Below the pieces are notes generated by a model. The model was not told the origin of the DNA. It saw only the letters and a program-made list of their open reading frames with translations, and made no database searches. The position numbers and the translations under genes are program-made. DNA of 64,000 bases from positions 4,024 through 68,023 of the IMG/VR virus record IMGVR_UViG_3300043429_000249; one strand, 5' to 3'. Origin of the DNA: a virus. Shown in pieces: positions 7,819-17,632 of this stretch (the stretch's first letter is position 1; the number at the start of each line of letters is the position of its first letter).

Positions 7819-9635
7819 ATATCCTGACCATAGACTTCGAAACCTATTACGACAGCACGTTCAGCCTATCGAAGCTGACCACGGAAGAGTATGTCCGTGA
7901 TGAACTGTTCGAAGTGATCGGCGTTGCTGTGCAGGTTGGCGAGGGCCAGCCGGAATGGATGAGCGGCCCCAAGGCAAAGATTAAGGCGTGGCTGGATCAA
8001 TTCGACTGGGATAACAGCGTAGCTGTAGCCCACAACGCCATGTTCGATATGTCAATTTTGAACTGGCATTTTGACATAAGGCCCAAGCGTATTGCAGATA
8101 CTCTCTCCATGCTGCGCGCACTGGATGGCCCCGATGCGGGGAATAGTCTGGCGAAGGCAGCAGAGCGCTACGGGCTGGGCGTGAAGGGGACGGAGGTTGT
8201 CAACGCCCTTGGTAAGGGGCGCATCGACTTCACGGACGAAGAACTGGAGCGGTATGGGGAATACTGCCGTAACGACGTTGCCCTGACCTACGACCTGTTC
8301 AAGGAGATCGCGCCCCGGCTACCCGTGCTGGAGTTTAAGCTGATCGACCTTACGATCCGTATGTTCACGGAACCGACGCTAATCCTTAATAAGGACGCGC
8401 TCCAAGGCCACTTAGTTACGGTTAAGGATAAAAAGGCCAAGCTGATGGCCGTGGTGGAGACGGACAAGTCCGAGCTGATGTCCAATCCGAAGCTGGCTGC
8501 GTTACTTCAGAGCCTTGGTGTAGTTCCCCCTACCAAGATAAGCCCAACCACGGGCAAGGAGACATGGGCTTTCGGCAAGACCGACGAAGGGTTCAAAGCC
8601 CTGCTGGATCATGGGGACCCCCGTGTTCAAGCCATCGTGGCAGCTAGGCTGGGCGTGAAGTCCACCTTGGAAGAAACGCGCACCGAACGGATGATCGGGA
8701 TCGCAGAGCGCGGCACACTGCCCATCCCCCTACGCTACTATGCGGCCCACACCGGGCGCTGGGGTGGTGACGACAAGGTAAATATGCAGAACCTGCCCCG
8801 TGGCTCCGCCCTTAAGAAGGCGATCCTTGCCCCGGAAGACCATGTGTTTATCGACTGCGACAGTAGCCAGATCGAAGCGCGGACCTTGGCGTGGCTGGCT
8901 GGGCAGGATGATCTTGTCGCTGCGTTCGACGCAGGGGAGGATGTCTATAAGATCATGGCAAGTTCCATCTATGGTGTGCCTATCGCGCAGGTGACGAAGG
9001 ACCAGCGGTTCGTCGGTAAGACCACCATCCTTGGCGCAGGTTACGGCATGGGTGCGGCCAAGTTCCAAGCGCAGTTGAAGGCTATGGGCGTAGAGTTGGA
9101 CCTTGATGAGTGCGTTCGCATCATTCAGGTCTATCGGGAGACTTATCCGAAAATCCCTGCGTTGTGGAAGCAGGGGAACAAAGCCATCGAAGGCATGATG
9201 AACCAGCAGACGACTGACTTTGGTCGTAAGGGTGCGGTGACGGTCAACTTGATGGGAATACGCCTACCTAACGGCCTATACCTTAAGTACCCAAACCTGC
9301 GGGAGCAGGTTGATAAAAAGACGGGTAAGAGCGAGATCGTCTACGACCAGAAGAAGGGCCGTGCCGTGATCCCGAACCGCATCTACGGCGGTAAGCTGAC
9401 AGAAAACGTCTGTCAGGCACTTGCCCGTATCGTAATAGGCGAACAGATGCTGATGGTCGCCCGTAAGCTGCGTGTTGTGATGACGGTGCATGACGCCGTG
9501 GGAGCTATCGCGCACAAGGATACGGCTGAAACGGACCGGGAATATGTTGAACTGTGCATGAGGATCAGGCCCAAATGGGCACCTGACCTACCGTTGAACT
9601 GTGAAAGCAAGGTGGGGGTAAGCTATGGTGGATAA
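7815..9635 (+). CDS. polA: family A DNA polymerase with 3'-5' exonuclease
   Basis: DFET, AHNAMFD, TGRW, NMQNLP, DSSQIEAR, GKTTILGAGYG, TVHD. Confidence 0.95.
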   Translation: MNILTIDFETYYDSTFSLSKLTTEEYVRDELFEVIGVAVQVGEGQPEWMSGPKAKIKAWLDQFDWDNSVAVAHNAMFDMSILNWHFDIRPKRIADTLSMLRALDGPDAGNSLAKAAERYGLGVKGTEVVNALGKGRIDFTDEELERYGEYCRNDVALTYDLFKEIAPRLPVLEFKLIDLTIRMFTEPTLILNKDALQGHLVTVKDKKAKLMAVVETDKSELMSNPKLAALLQSLGVVPPTKISPTTGKETWAFGKTDEGFKALLDHGDPRVQAIVAARLGVKSTLEETRTERMIGIAERGTLPIPLRYYAAHTGRWGGDDKVNMQNLPRGSALKKAILAPEDHVFIDCDSSQIEARTLAWLAGQDDLVAAFDAGEDVYKIMASSIYGVPIAQVTKDQRFVGKTTILGAGYGMGAAKFQAQLKAMGVELDLDECVRIIQVYRETYPKIPALWKQGNKAIEGMMNQQTTDFGRKGAVTVNLMGIRLPNGLYLKYPNLREQVDKKTGKSEIVYDQKKGRAVIPNRIYGGKLTENVCQALARIVIGEQMLMVARKLRVVMTVHDAVGAIAHKDTAETDREYVELCMRIRPKWAPDLPLNCESKVGVSYGG

Positions 9636-9930
9636 GCCGCCTATATGGTGGGTAGATAAGTATACTGACTCTCAATGGGAAGCCTGTCTTAACCGCGCAA
9701 AGGAATACACCGACCTGATGATGGCGCGTAGGACAGAGACGGATGAAAGACAAAAGGCTTGGCACGAACTGCGGGATAGCATGACCAGCGAAGAAGCGGA
9801 CGCATACCTGTTTAACCTAACAAAGTTAGGGATGAGCATTAGGGAGATATCTGAGTCCTTTGGGCTGACCAGCGTGTCGCACCGTATACGTAGGCACAAG
9901 CAACGAATGAAGGAGCAAGCTGATGGATAA
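9625..9930 (+). CDS. hypothetical protein with possible C-terminal HTH
   Basis: LGMSIREISESFG. Confidence 0.6.
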   Translation: MVDKPPIWWVDKYTDSQWEACLNRAKEYTDLMMARRTETDERQKAWHELRDSMTSEEADAYLFNLTKLGMSIREISESFGLTSVSHRIRRHKQRMKEQADG

Positions 9931-10444
9931 TGAAGAGATCGAAGAACCGCAGGAGATGCACCCTGCCGTGCAGTTGCTGCTGGCGCGGATGGACAGCCAC
10001 CCAGATGAGTTTGTCGGTCGTGGCCTTCATCGCTGGGAAAGCGTGTATAGCGACATTAACCACGTCGCTTCGCCCCACGAGAAGAAGGCGATGAAGGCCA
10101 AGCTGCGTGAGATTAAGATGGGTCGCATCCATAAGGAGATCATGGGGCTTCTGCTAAGAGATGCGCCAAACGAGCCGGAAGAGGCGCAAGACGCGGGAGT
10201 CACGCTTGCCCGACAACACCTACAACAGCAGCAGGACTACCAACGCATATCGGCGCAGCTGGCGCAGATGCAGGTAGATGCGCAGGCACGAGCCTTGCAG
10301 CAGTTCCAGAACACGTTTCCGCGCAGCACGGACCTCTGGAACTCATCGTCAATCGGCACCACCATGCCATCCCGATACCCGACACCCGTAGTCGGTAAGG
10401 GATTAGTCGAAACAGCTATGGATACGTTTAGGAACAAAAAATGA
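9923..10444 (+). CDS. hypothetical protein (LLL.RMDSHP.EF family)
   Basis: VQLLLARMDSHPDEF; SD AAGGAG. Confidence 0.75.
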   Translation: MDNEEIEEPQEMHPAVQLLLARMDSHPDEFVGRGLHRWESVYSDINHVASPHEKKAMKAKLREIKMGRIHKEIMGLLLRDAPNEPEEAQDAGVTLARQHLQQQQDYQRISAQLAQMQVDAQARALQQFQNTFPRSTDLWNSSSIGTTMPSRYPTPVVGKGLVETAMDTFRNKK

Positions 10445-11040
10445 CCGAATATCAATTCACGAAAGACTGGTTTGGTTGGGCACCGCCCGTATGGGAGCAG
10501 CTTATTCCACACCTGCCGGGGGAACCGGGCAACCGCACCTTCATTGAGATCGGTTCCTTTGAGGGCCGCAGCATGGTCTGGACCGCTGAAAACATGATGC
10601 AGACGGGAGATGAAATCTTCTGCATCGACACATGGGAAGGCGGCGAGGAACACGGCGATCAAAATATGAGCGAGGTGGAGAAGCGGTTCGACCACAATTC
10701 CGCAATCGTCTACGGCAACCACGACATTTCGATCCTTAAACATAAGGGGACTTCCACCAGCTATCTGGCTAGGTTCATTGAAGGCGGGGAAGCAGCCGAC
10801 TTCATCTACATCGACGGGAGCCACATCGCCAAGGATGTGCTGACCGACGCCTGTATGGCTTGGGCGCTGCTCCGCCCCAAGGGTATGATGGTCTTTGACG
10901 ACTATATGTGGGGCAACCCGCGGGACATCCTGCACCGCCCCAAACCTGCAATCGACGCCTTCTGCAACATTTTCGCGGAAGAAGCGGAGATCGTCCACGT
11001 TGGCTATCAACTGGTCGTACGCAAGAAGGGAGAAGGGTAA
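10441..11040 (+). CDS. class I SAM-dependent methyltransferase (Methyltransf_24-like)
   Basis: IEIGSFEGRS, IDTW, DFIYIDGSH, GMMVFDDY. Confidence 0.9.
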   Translation: MTEYQFTKDWFGWAPPVWEQLIPHLPGEPGNRTFIEIGSFEGRSMVWTAENMMQTGDEIFCIDTWEGGEEHGDQNMSEVEKRFDHNSAIVYGNHDISILKHKGTSTSYLARFIEGGEAADFIYIDGSHIAKDVLTDACMAWALLRPKGMMVFDDYMWGNPRDILHRPKPAIDAFCNIFAEEAEIVHVGYQLVVRKKGEG

Positions 11041-11219
11041 TGGATACTGTGTACATCGTACTGATCGTTGGGTTGGCCGCTATCTCTGGGTTCTTTTTCG
11101 GGATGGCGTACAACTTCAAGGTTGTCGGACAGATCAAACACGAGAACGAGCGGCTCAACCACGAGCTGCATAGACTGACTGACCGCGATGCACGTGGTCG
11201 CTTCAAGGGAGGTAAGTAG
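11040..11219 (+). CDS. small membrane protein
   Basis: N-terminal TM helix, coiled coil, RDARGRF tail. Confidence 0.65.
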   Translation: MDTVYIVLIVGLAAISGFFFGMAYNFKVVGQIKHENERLNHELHRLTDRDARGRFKGGK

Positions 11220-11380
11220 TGGCAAAAGGTAAGGGCAAAGCAAAGACCGCTGTTGGTCAGGTTAAGATCGTTCCCAAGCGGGCACCGTTTCGCAAAACCT
11301 GCACCACCTGTGGTTCAAGCTGGCTGGGCGACCTGATCTACGATTGCGGCCATGACGCCGTGATTGAGCAGGACATCTGA
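11219..11380 (+). CDS. 53-aa basic Cys/His (Zn-binding?) protein (not in the ORF track)
   Basis: GTG start, SD GGAGG; CTTC...CGH. Confidence 0.55.
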   Translation: MAKGKGKAKTAVGQVKIVPKRAPFRKTCTTCGSSWLGDLIYDCGHDAVIEQDI

Positions 11381-11381
11381 C

Positions 11382-11567
11382 ATGCCGTTTGTATCGCGTA
11401 AAAGGGTCGAGTGGACGCCGGAAATGGAGCGGGAGCTTTGGAACCTGTGGACCTACGGCGTCCACAAAAACGAAATCGCTGAGCGCTTAGGTATGAGCGT
11501 AGCGGCAACCGAGCAGCGGTATTACCGCATGAAACGGCAGAAAGCGAAGGAGCAAGCCGGTGAATGA
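11382..11567 (+). CDS. GcrA-like HTH protein
   Basis: WTPEMERELWNLWTYGVHKNEIAERLG resembles the GcrA N-terminal domain. Confidence 0.6.
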   Translation: MPFVSRKRVEWTPEMERELWNLWTYGVHKNEIAERLGMSVAATEQRYYRMKRQKAKEQAGE

Positions 11568-12339
11568 CGAAATCAAGGTAAAACCTGTGGAGACTAAGCG
11601 ACCTAGCATTATGATCGCTACTCCCATGTACGGTGGTATGTGTACGGGGACCTATGTGCAGGGCTTGTTGATGACCATGCAGAAGATGCGTGAGATCGGC
11701 GTCAACGTGGCATGGTGCCAGATCATGAACGAAAGCCTGATTACCCGTGCGCGGAACGATCTGGTGCGCCTCTTTCTTGAGAGTGAGCACGACTACCTTA
11801 TGTTCATCGACGCTGACATTGGGTTCGACGGGGAGGCAGTCGCGCAGCTTATGCTGGCCGACAAGGACGTATGCTGTGGCATCTACCCCAAGAAGGAAGT
11901 GAACTGGGATAGCGTTAAGCGCGCTGCACAGACTAGCCAAGCAGACCTAGAGGACTACGCCGGGGCGTTTGTCTTTAACATGATCGGCGGTGCCCATCAG
12001 GAGACGGACGAGACAGGCTGCATCGAAGTGCGCCATGGCGGCACAGGCTTCATGCTCATCAAGCGGGGGGTGTTCGAGTTTCTGAAACCCTATGTGCCTA
12101 CCTACCGCGTGTCGTCATTTAAAGACGAGAGTGGCGAATACGTAAAACCACTCACCTATGAGTTCTTCGCTACCAGCATCGACAATAGCGGCGCGCTGCT
12201 GTCGGAAGATTATCACTTTTGCGAGCTGTTTCGCAAACATGGCGGACAAATCCATGCCCACCCATTTGTCCGCCTGACCCATACAGGGACCTATATCTTT
12301 GATGGGGACATTTTGAAGAGCGGTGGCAACCTAAAGTAA
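11560..12339 (+). CDS. GT-A fold glycosyltransferase-like protein
   Basis: IATPMYGG, ESLITRARN, FIDAD (DxD), GTGFMLI, SEDYHFC. Confidence 0.85.
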   Translation: MNDEIKVKPVETKRPSIMIATPMYGGMCTGTYVQGLLMTMQKMREIGVNVAWCQIMNESLITRARNDLVRLFLESEHDYLMFIDADIGFDGEAVAQLMLADKDVCCGIYPKKEVNWDSVKRAAQTSQADLEDYAGAFVFNMIGGAHQETDETGCIEVRHGGTGFMLIKRGVFEFLKPYVPTYRVSSFKDESGEYVKPLTYEFFATSIDNSGALLSEDYHFCELFRKHGGQIHAHPFVRLTHTGTYIFDGDILKSGGNLK

Positions 12340-12351
12340 GGAGCAAGTGAA

Positions 12352-12936
12352 ATGGCTAAGAAGAAATTGGGATACGGTGAAAAGGCAGCCCGCATCATGG
12401 AGATGCTTAACCAAGGGGTGCCAGCGAAGCAAATCCGCCGGGAGCTGGGCGTAAGCCCTGCGTATATCTACGCCCTTAAAAAGCAGATGATCCATGCGGA
12501 TACGCTGGAGCTAACCGAAGACATGAAGGAAACGCTGCACGTTATGTCGCAGGGTAAGGGTAAACCCAAGCCGGGGGAGTATCTCGTGGTTGAGGGTATG
12601 GTTAGTCCACAGGCAGCCTCCGGGCTAGTGTCGGCACCGCCGGTTACGGGCGTATCGGACCCCAATAACGTCAACGCTATCCTCAACGAGCGCGGTAAAC
12701 GGTACGGAACTTTCTGGGGGCATGCCCAAATTACCCAAGACCTTAAGGCGGTGATGAGCGAGTTCTGTAGGCAGCGCAATAAGTCTTTTGACGTGGATCA
12801 GCTTGAAGCCCTTGAGATGATCTTCCACAAAATCGGGCGCATCCTAAACGGCGACCCGGACTACGCTGATAGCTGGATTGATATTGCCGGATACGCTAAG
12901 CTGGTGGCTGATCGTCTCGAAGGGAAAGTCCGATAA
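12352..12936 (+). CDS. HTH plus DUF6378-like protein
   Basis: LNERGKRYG...HKIGRILNGDPDYADSWIDIAGY. Confidence 0.75.
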   Translation: MAKKKLGYGEKAARIMEMLNQGVPAKQIRRELGVSPAYIYALKKQMIHADTLELTEDMKETLHVMSQGKGKPKPGEYLVVEGMVSPQAASGLVSAPPVTGVSDPNNVNAILNERGKRYGTFWGHAQITQDLKAVMSEFCRQRNKSFDVDQLEALEMIFHKIGRILNGDPDYADSWIDIAGYAKLVADRLEGKVR

Positions 12937-12937
12937 A

Positions 12938-13609
12938 ATGACAGCGTGGTCGTACAGCAGCATCAAGACCTTTGACCAGTGCCCGAAGAAGTACTTTCAC
13001 CTTAAGGTGGCTAAGGACGTCAAGGACGAGGGTAACGAAGCCTCTATCTATGGCAACGAAGCCCATGAAGCTGCTGAACACTACATCAAGCACGGCACCC
13101 CGATACCGGACAAGTTCAAGATTATGCGGCCAGTCGTAGAGACGCTGGCTAAGTTTCCGGGGGAGAAGCATACGGAGATGAAGCTGGGGGTAAAGAAAAC
13201 CCCGGATGGCTTCAAACCATGCGACTTCTTCGATCCTGACGTCTGGTATCGGGGTATCGTGGACCTGCTGATCGTGGACGGGTGGAACGCCCACATGATC
13301 GACTATAAGACAGGGAAGAACGCCAAATACGCCGACATGAAGCAGCTGGACCTGATGGCAGGTGCGGTATTCGTGCATTTCCCTGACGTGATGCGGATCA
13401 AGTCGGGGCTGGCTTACGTGGTAAGCAACGAGTTCCCGAAGAAGACGCATGTCCGTACTGACTTAGGTATATACATGAACGTGTTCGATACGCAGCTTAC
13501 GCAGCTTGAAGACGCGATGCAGGCTGGGGTGTTTAATCCGAAGAGCGGCCCTTTATGTGGCTGGTGTCCGGTGACTAGCTGCGAGCATCATAGACCAAGG
13601 AGAAGGTAA
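12938..13609 (+). CDS. PD-(D/E)XK exonuclease (Cas4/AddB-like)
   Basis: WSYSS...CP, GIVDL, IDYKTG, QL, C-terminal LCGWCPVTSC. Confidence 0.9.
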   Translation: MTAWSYSSIKTFDQCPKKYFHLKVAKDVKDEGNEASIYGNEAHEAAEHYIKHGTPIPDKFKIMRPVVETLAKFPGEKHTEMKLGVKKTPDGFKPCDFFDPDVWYRGIVDLLIVDGWNAHMIDYKTGKNAKYADMKQLDLMAGAVFVHFPDVMRIKSGLAYVVSNEFPKKTHVRTDLGIYMNVFDTQLTQLEDAMQAGVFNPKSGPLCGWCPVTSCEHHRPRRR

Positions 13610-13842
13610 TGGAGCAACAAGTATCAGACGAGGTGCAAGCAGCGATGAGCCTTAAGCTCATGGAAAACGTGCGCGAGCTTATCCGCGAAGAGATCAGGGC
13701 TGCACTGGAAGACTTTGATTTTATGTCCCGGACACGGGGATATGAAATAACTAACACCGTAATGCGGCACATGAACTGGGGCGACTATAACTTTAAACAG
13801 GCTGTACGACAGGTTGTAGCCGAGCAGATGCACAAGGTCTGA
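13609..13842 (+). CDS. hypothetical protein
   Basis: Coupled ORF with SD. Confidence 0.6.
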   Translation: MEQQVSDEVQAAMSLKLMENVRELIREEIRAALEDFDFMSRTRGYEITNTVMRHMNWGDYNFKQAVRQVVAEQMHKV

Positions 13843-13845
13843 CCG

Positions 13846-14070
13846 GTGATACCGAAGCCCGGTACGATGTTCGCCTTGGCGGTGGATGCACCCAATGCGG
13901 ATATGGTCATCGCTTATCATGGGTGGCTGTATAAGTTCAAATACTGGGACATTAACACAGACCAGATGATCCTGACTTCCGTCGCCACCGGGAATGAGGT
14001 ATATATAGACCTGACGACGTTTAAATTAGGTTACTTTAAGGAACTGGCTGATGCCCATGAAAGTGCGTAA
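13846..14070 (+). CDS. hypothetical protein, probable paralog of 62792..63007
   Basis: GTM...HGWLY...SVATG. Confidence 0.55.
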   Translation: MIPKPGTMFALAVDAPNADMVIAYHGWLYKFKYWDINTDQMILTSVATGNEVYIDLTTFKLGYFKELADAHESA

Positions 14071-14344
14071 CTACCGCCGCGAATACGATGAGTATCAGGG
14101 GCGTCCAGACCAGATCAAGAAGCGCGCACAGCGTAACGCTGCCCGTGCCAAGATGATGAAGGCTGGCAAGGTCCACAAGGGCGACGGCAAGGACGTGGCA
14201 CACGTCAAGGCGATTGACAAAGGCGGTTCCATCAAGGACGGTCTGCGCGTCGAGAGCAAATCGACTAACCGTTCATTTAAACGTGACGCGAAGAGGAACC
14301 TTGTTTCCGAGACGAGCAATCGGGAACGCAAAAGGAAGAAGTAA
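14051..14344 (+). CDS. HNH-like basic protein
   Basis: RNAAR...KGDGKDVAH...NRS. Confidence 0.7.
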   Translation: MPMKVRNYRREYDEYQGRPDQIKKRAQRNAARAKMMKAGKVHKGDGKDVAHVKAIDKGGSIKDGLRVESKSTNRSFKRDAKRNLVSETSNRERKRKK

Positions 14345-15903
14345 TGCAGATTATTGACGATAAGGTGCTAGTCGTCAGGACGCAAAACCCCGATCCGATC
14401 CTAAGCACAATCAAAAAGTCGAAGCTATTGGAGACCCATCAGGGCGTCTCCAAGGTAGCCGTTTACTGGGGGATGAAGGAAGCCCGTGCGCTGGCTGCGT
14501 TGCGTAGCTTTGAGGTCCCATCCCGAATCCTTAAGGACTATGCGTGGACTGGGCGGCTGACGCCGTTTGACCATCAGAAGACCACCGCGTCCTTCCTTAC
14601 GCTTCATGACCGGGCCTTTTGCTTTAACGAGCAGGGTACGGGTAAGACGGCCAGCGTCATCTGGGCAGCGGATTATATGATGCGGCGCAAAGAGGTCAAC
14701 CGCGTCCTCGTTCTTTGCCCCTTGTCTATTATGGACAGCGCGTGGCGACAGGACCTGTTTAAGTTTGCTATGCACCGCTCGTGCAGCGTTGCGCATGGTA
14801 CGGCCAAGCAGCGGGAAAAGATCATTAACGCTGGCTCCGAGTTCGTCGTCATTAACTTTGACGGGCTGGCCGTGGTCGAGGATGCCATCATCAAGGGTGG
14901 CTTTGACCTGATCGTGGTGGACGAAGCAAACGCATATAAGAACCCGCAGACCAACCGCTGGAAGGTGCTGAACCGTATCGTTAACGCACTGAGTCCGCGT
15001 CTATGGATGCTTACTGGTACGCCAGCAGCACAAAGCCCAGTGGATGCGTACGGTCTGGCTAAGCTGGTTAACCCGAACTGCCCGAAATATTTCACCCATT
15101 TCCGCGATAGCGTCATGTACAAGGTGACGCAGTTTAAGTGGGCGACACGACCGAACGCAGAGCAGACGGTGCATAAGGTACTGCAACCCGCTATCCGGTT
15201 CGAAAAGAAAGACTGTCTGGACTTGCCGGAAGTCACACACGTCGAACGGGAAGCGCCGCTCACGGCGCAGCAGATGAAATACTACAAACAGCTCAAGTCC
15301 GAGATGCTGATCGAAGCAGCGGGGGAAGAAGTCAGTGCGGTCAATGCGGCGACTAAGCTGAACAAGCTGCTCCAGATCAGCGGGGGTGCGGTCTATACGG
15401 ATGATGGGTCCGTGCTGGAGTTTGACGTATCCAACCGCCTGAATGCCGTGCTGGAGGTGGTCGAAGAGGCAGCCAACAAGGTGCTGGTCTTTGTGCCGTT
15501 CACGCACACCATCGAGCTACTACGGGAACGTCTGGAGAAGGAGGGTATCTCCTGCGATGTCATTAACGGTAAGGTACCTGTAACCAAGCGCAGCCAGATC
15601 GTCACCCAATTCCAGACCCAAAAACACCCAAATGTACTGCTCATCCAGCCACAGGCAGCGAGCCATGGGCTTACCCTTACGGCGGCAGACACAATTATCT
15701 GGTACGCCCCGGTGACGTCAGTGGAGACCTACCTACAAGCCAATGCCCGGATCAACCGTCCGGGGCAGAAGAACGCGATGACCATCGTGCACATCCGGGG
15801 TAGCGACGTAGAGGCAAAGCTCTACCACATGCTGCAAAGCAACATCGACAACCACCAGAAGATCATCGACCTGTATCGACAAATATTAGGTACTACCCCT
15901 TGA
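14344..15903 (+). CDS. SNF2-family helicase
   Basis: EQGTGKT, VDEA, LTGTP, HGLTLT, QANARINRPGQ. Confidence 0.92.
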   Translation: MQIIDDKVLVVRTQNPDPILSTIKKSKLLETHQGVSKVAVYWGMKEARALAALRSFEVPSRILKDYAWTGRLTPFDHQKTTASFLTLHDRAFCFNEQGTGKTASVIWAADYMMRRKEVNRVLVLCPLSIMDSAWRQDLFKFAMHRSCSVAHGTAKQREKIINAGSEFVVINFDGLAVVEDAIIKGGFDLIVVDEANAYKNPQTNRWKVLNRIVNALSPRLWMLTGTPAAQSPVDAYGLAKLVNPNCPKYFTHFRDSVMYKVTQFKWATRPNAEQTVHKVLQPAIRFEKKDCLDLPEVTHVEREAPLTAQQMKYYKQLKSEMLIEAAGEEVSAVNAATKLNKLLQISGGAVYTDDGSVLEFDVSNRLNAVLEVVEEAANKVLVFVPFTHTIELLRERLEKEGISCDVINGKVPVTKRSQIVTQFQTQKHPNVLLIQPQAASHGLTLTAADTIIWYAPVTSVETYLQANARINRPGQKNAMTIVHIRGSDVEAKLYHMLQSNIDNHQKIIDLYRQILGTTP

Positions 15904-15927
15904 CACTGTAAAATGTTAAGATAATCT
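15900..15927 (+). promoter_or_regulatory. sigma70-type promoter with TTGACACTGTAAA motif
   Basis: TTGACA-16-TAATCT upstream of the replication genes. Confidence 0.6.
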
Positions 15928-15950
15928 GGGTGTCGGTGAAAGGAGCAAAC

Positions 15951-16364
15951 ATGTCAGATGATATTAAAGACCTGCCGGTCGATGAACTCGTGCGCATCTA
16001 CCGCAAAATCCGCAAGGCTGTGGAGGACCGCGAAGAAGCGTTCAAGAACGAGATCAACACGCTGAAAGGGCAGCTGGAGACAGTCGCCTCGACGCTGTTG
16101 GATATATGCAACCAGCAAAACGCTGATAGCATTAAAACGAAGCACGGCACGATTTCCCGCCGGGTGACCCAGCGCTACTGGACTACCGACTGGGGAACTC
16201 TATACGACTTCATCAAGGAAAACGATGCGCCGTTCCTCTTGGAGCAACGTATCCACAACGGGAACATGAAGCAGTTTTTGGATGATAACCCGGAAGCGTT
16301 CCCACCGGGTCTCCAGTGTGACCGTAAATACGCAGTCACCGTACGTAAACCCACGACTAAATGA
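15951..16364 (+). CDS. conserved phage replication-module protein
   Basis: SD AAGGAG; coiled N-terminus; typical position before the SSB. Confidence 0.75.
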   Translation: MSDDIKDLPVDELVRIYRKIRKAVEDREEAFKNEINTLKGQLETVASTLLDICNQQNADSIKTKHGTISRRVTQRYWTTDWGTLYDFIKENDAPFLLEQRIHNGNMKQFLDDNPEAFPPGLQCDRKYAVTVRKPTTK

Positions 16365-16374
16365 GGCACTACCA

Positions 16375-17349
16375 ATGAGCAATCTTACCATTTTTAAACA
16401 ACCCGGTGCAGTTTCCACCGCTACCCGCCGCGGCATGACCGCTTTGGGTCAGTCTCTGGTTCAGCAAAGCACGATGCGCCGCATCGCTACCAACACCAAT
16501 GGCACGTTTAAGCGTATCATTAACGGGGAGCAGATCGGCAACGCCATCCGTGGCGAGTTTAACGCCATCATCGTTGACGTGCTGCCGAAGGTTTCGCGCC
16601 AGTTTTACGCTGGCAAGTACGACCCCAATGCGAAGCCGACGCTGCCTGACTGCTGGTCGAACCTTGGGGATAAGCCGGAAGCCGGTGCGCCTAACCCGCA
16701 GTCCAAAAACTGCGCCGACTGCAAGCAGAACATCAAGGGTTCGGGCGATAACGGTGGTCGCGCCTGCCGCTTCCAGCGCCGCATTGCTATCCTTCTCGAA
16801 GGTGATCCGACCGGTGACGTGTACCAGTTCAACATTCCGGCTAAGTCGCTGTTCGGTAAGGGCACTGGTAACGTGCATCCGTTCGAAAGCTATGTGACCT
16901 ATCTGGCCGGGAACAACGAAAGCCCGGACACGGTTGTCACCAACATCAGTTACGACCTGAACGCTGACAGCATGGAGCTGCTGTTCACGCCGCTTCGCGG
17001 CATCAGTGACGAAGAGTACGAGCTGGTGATCGCGGCGCAGAACGACCCGGAGACCAAGAAGTACATCCAGCTTACCGTTGCGCAAGCAGACGGTGTGACT
17101 GCGAAGCCCGCAGCCAAGGCTGAACCCGCCCCGCAGGTTGTCCGTTCTGACGAGCCGGATGATGAAGAGCCTGCCCCCGCACCCGCACCTGTTGCCGCAG
17201 CAAAGCCCAAGAACCCCTTTGACGCTGACGAAGCGGAAGTCCTTGAAGAACCGGTTAAGCGCACGGTTAAGAAGGAAGAAGCAGCTGTGGAGCCTAAGGC
17301 TGACCTGTCGTCGATTATCGACGCATGGGGCGCAGACGACGAAGGGTAA
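16375..17349 (+). CDS. ssDNA-binding / recombination protein with acidic tail
   Basis: PDCWS, CADC, GRACRF Cys motif; acidic C-terminus ...WGADDEG. Confidence 0.7.
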   Translation: MSNLTIFKQPGAVSTATRRGMTALGQSLVQQSTMRRIATNTNGTFKRIINGEQIGNAIRGEFNAIIVDVLPKVSRQFYAGKYDPNAKPTLPDCWSNLGDKPEAGAPNPQSKNCADCKQNIKGSGDNGGRACRFQRRIAILLEGDPTGDVYQFNIPAKSLFGKGTGNVHPFESYVTYLAGNNESPDTVVTNISYDLNADSMELLFTPLRGISDEEYELVIAAQNDPETKKYIQLTVAQADGVTAKPAAKAEPAPQVVRSDEPDDEEPAPAPAPVAAAKPKNPFDADEAEVLEEPVKRTVKKEEAAVEPKADLSSIIDAWGADDEG

Positions 17350-17353
17350 TACT

Positions 17354-17584
17354 GTGAGCCAAGGTTACAGCCTTAAACTCCGCGACCTTAACCTTAGGGC
17401 ATCCAGCAAACTGCTGGGTGTCCGCCTCGGGCGGGTGTGCATAAAGCACGATATCCCCGCCAGTCTGGTAGCAGAGCGGATGGGTGTATCTCGACAGACG
17501 GTCTATAACTGGTTCCGGGGCGTATCAAATCCCGGAACCAGCCTGACGGCTCGTGTCGAACAGTATATCTCGTCGCTTAACTAA
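17354..17584 (+). CDS. XRE-type HTH protein
   Basis: VAERMGVSRQTVYNWFRG; GTG start. Confidence 0.75.
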   Translation: MSQGYSLKLRDLNLRASSKLLGVRLGRVCIKHDIPASLVAERMGVSRQTVYNWFRGVSNPGTSLTARVEQYISSLN

Positions 17585-17632
17585 GCGGGTTCCATCTAGT
17601 CGAGAAGCAGGCTTCGACCTGCCGGGGGAGCA

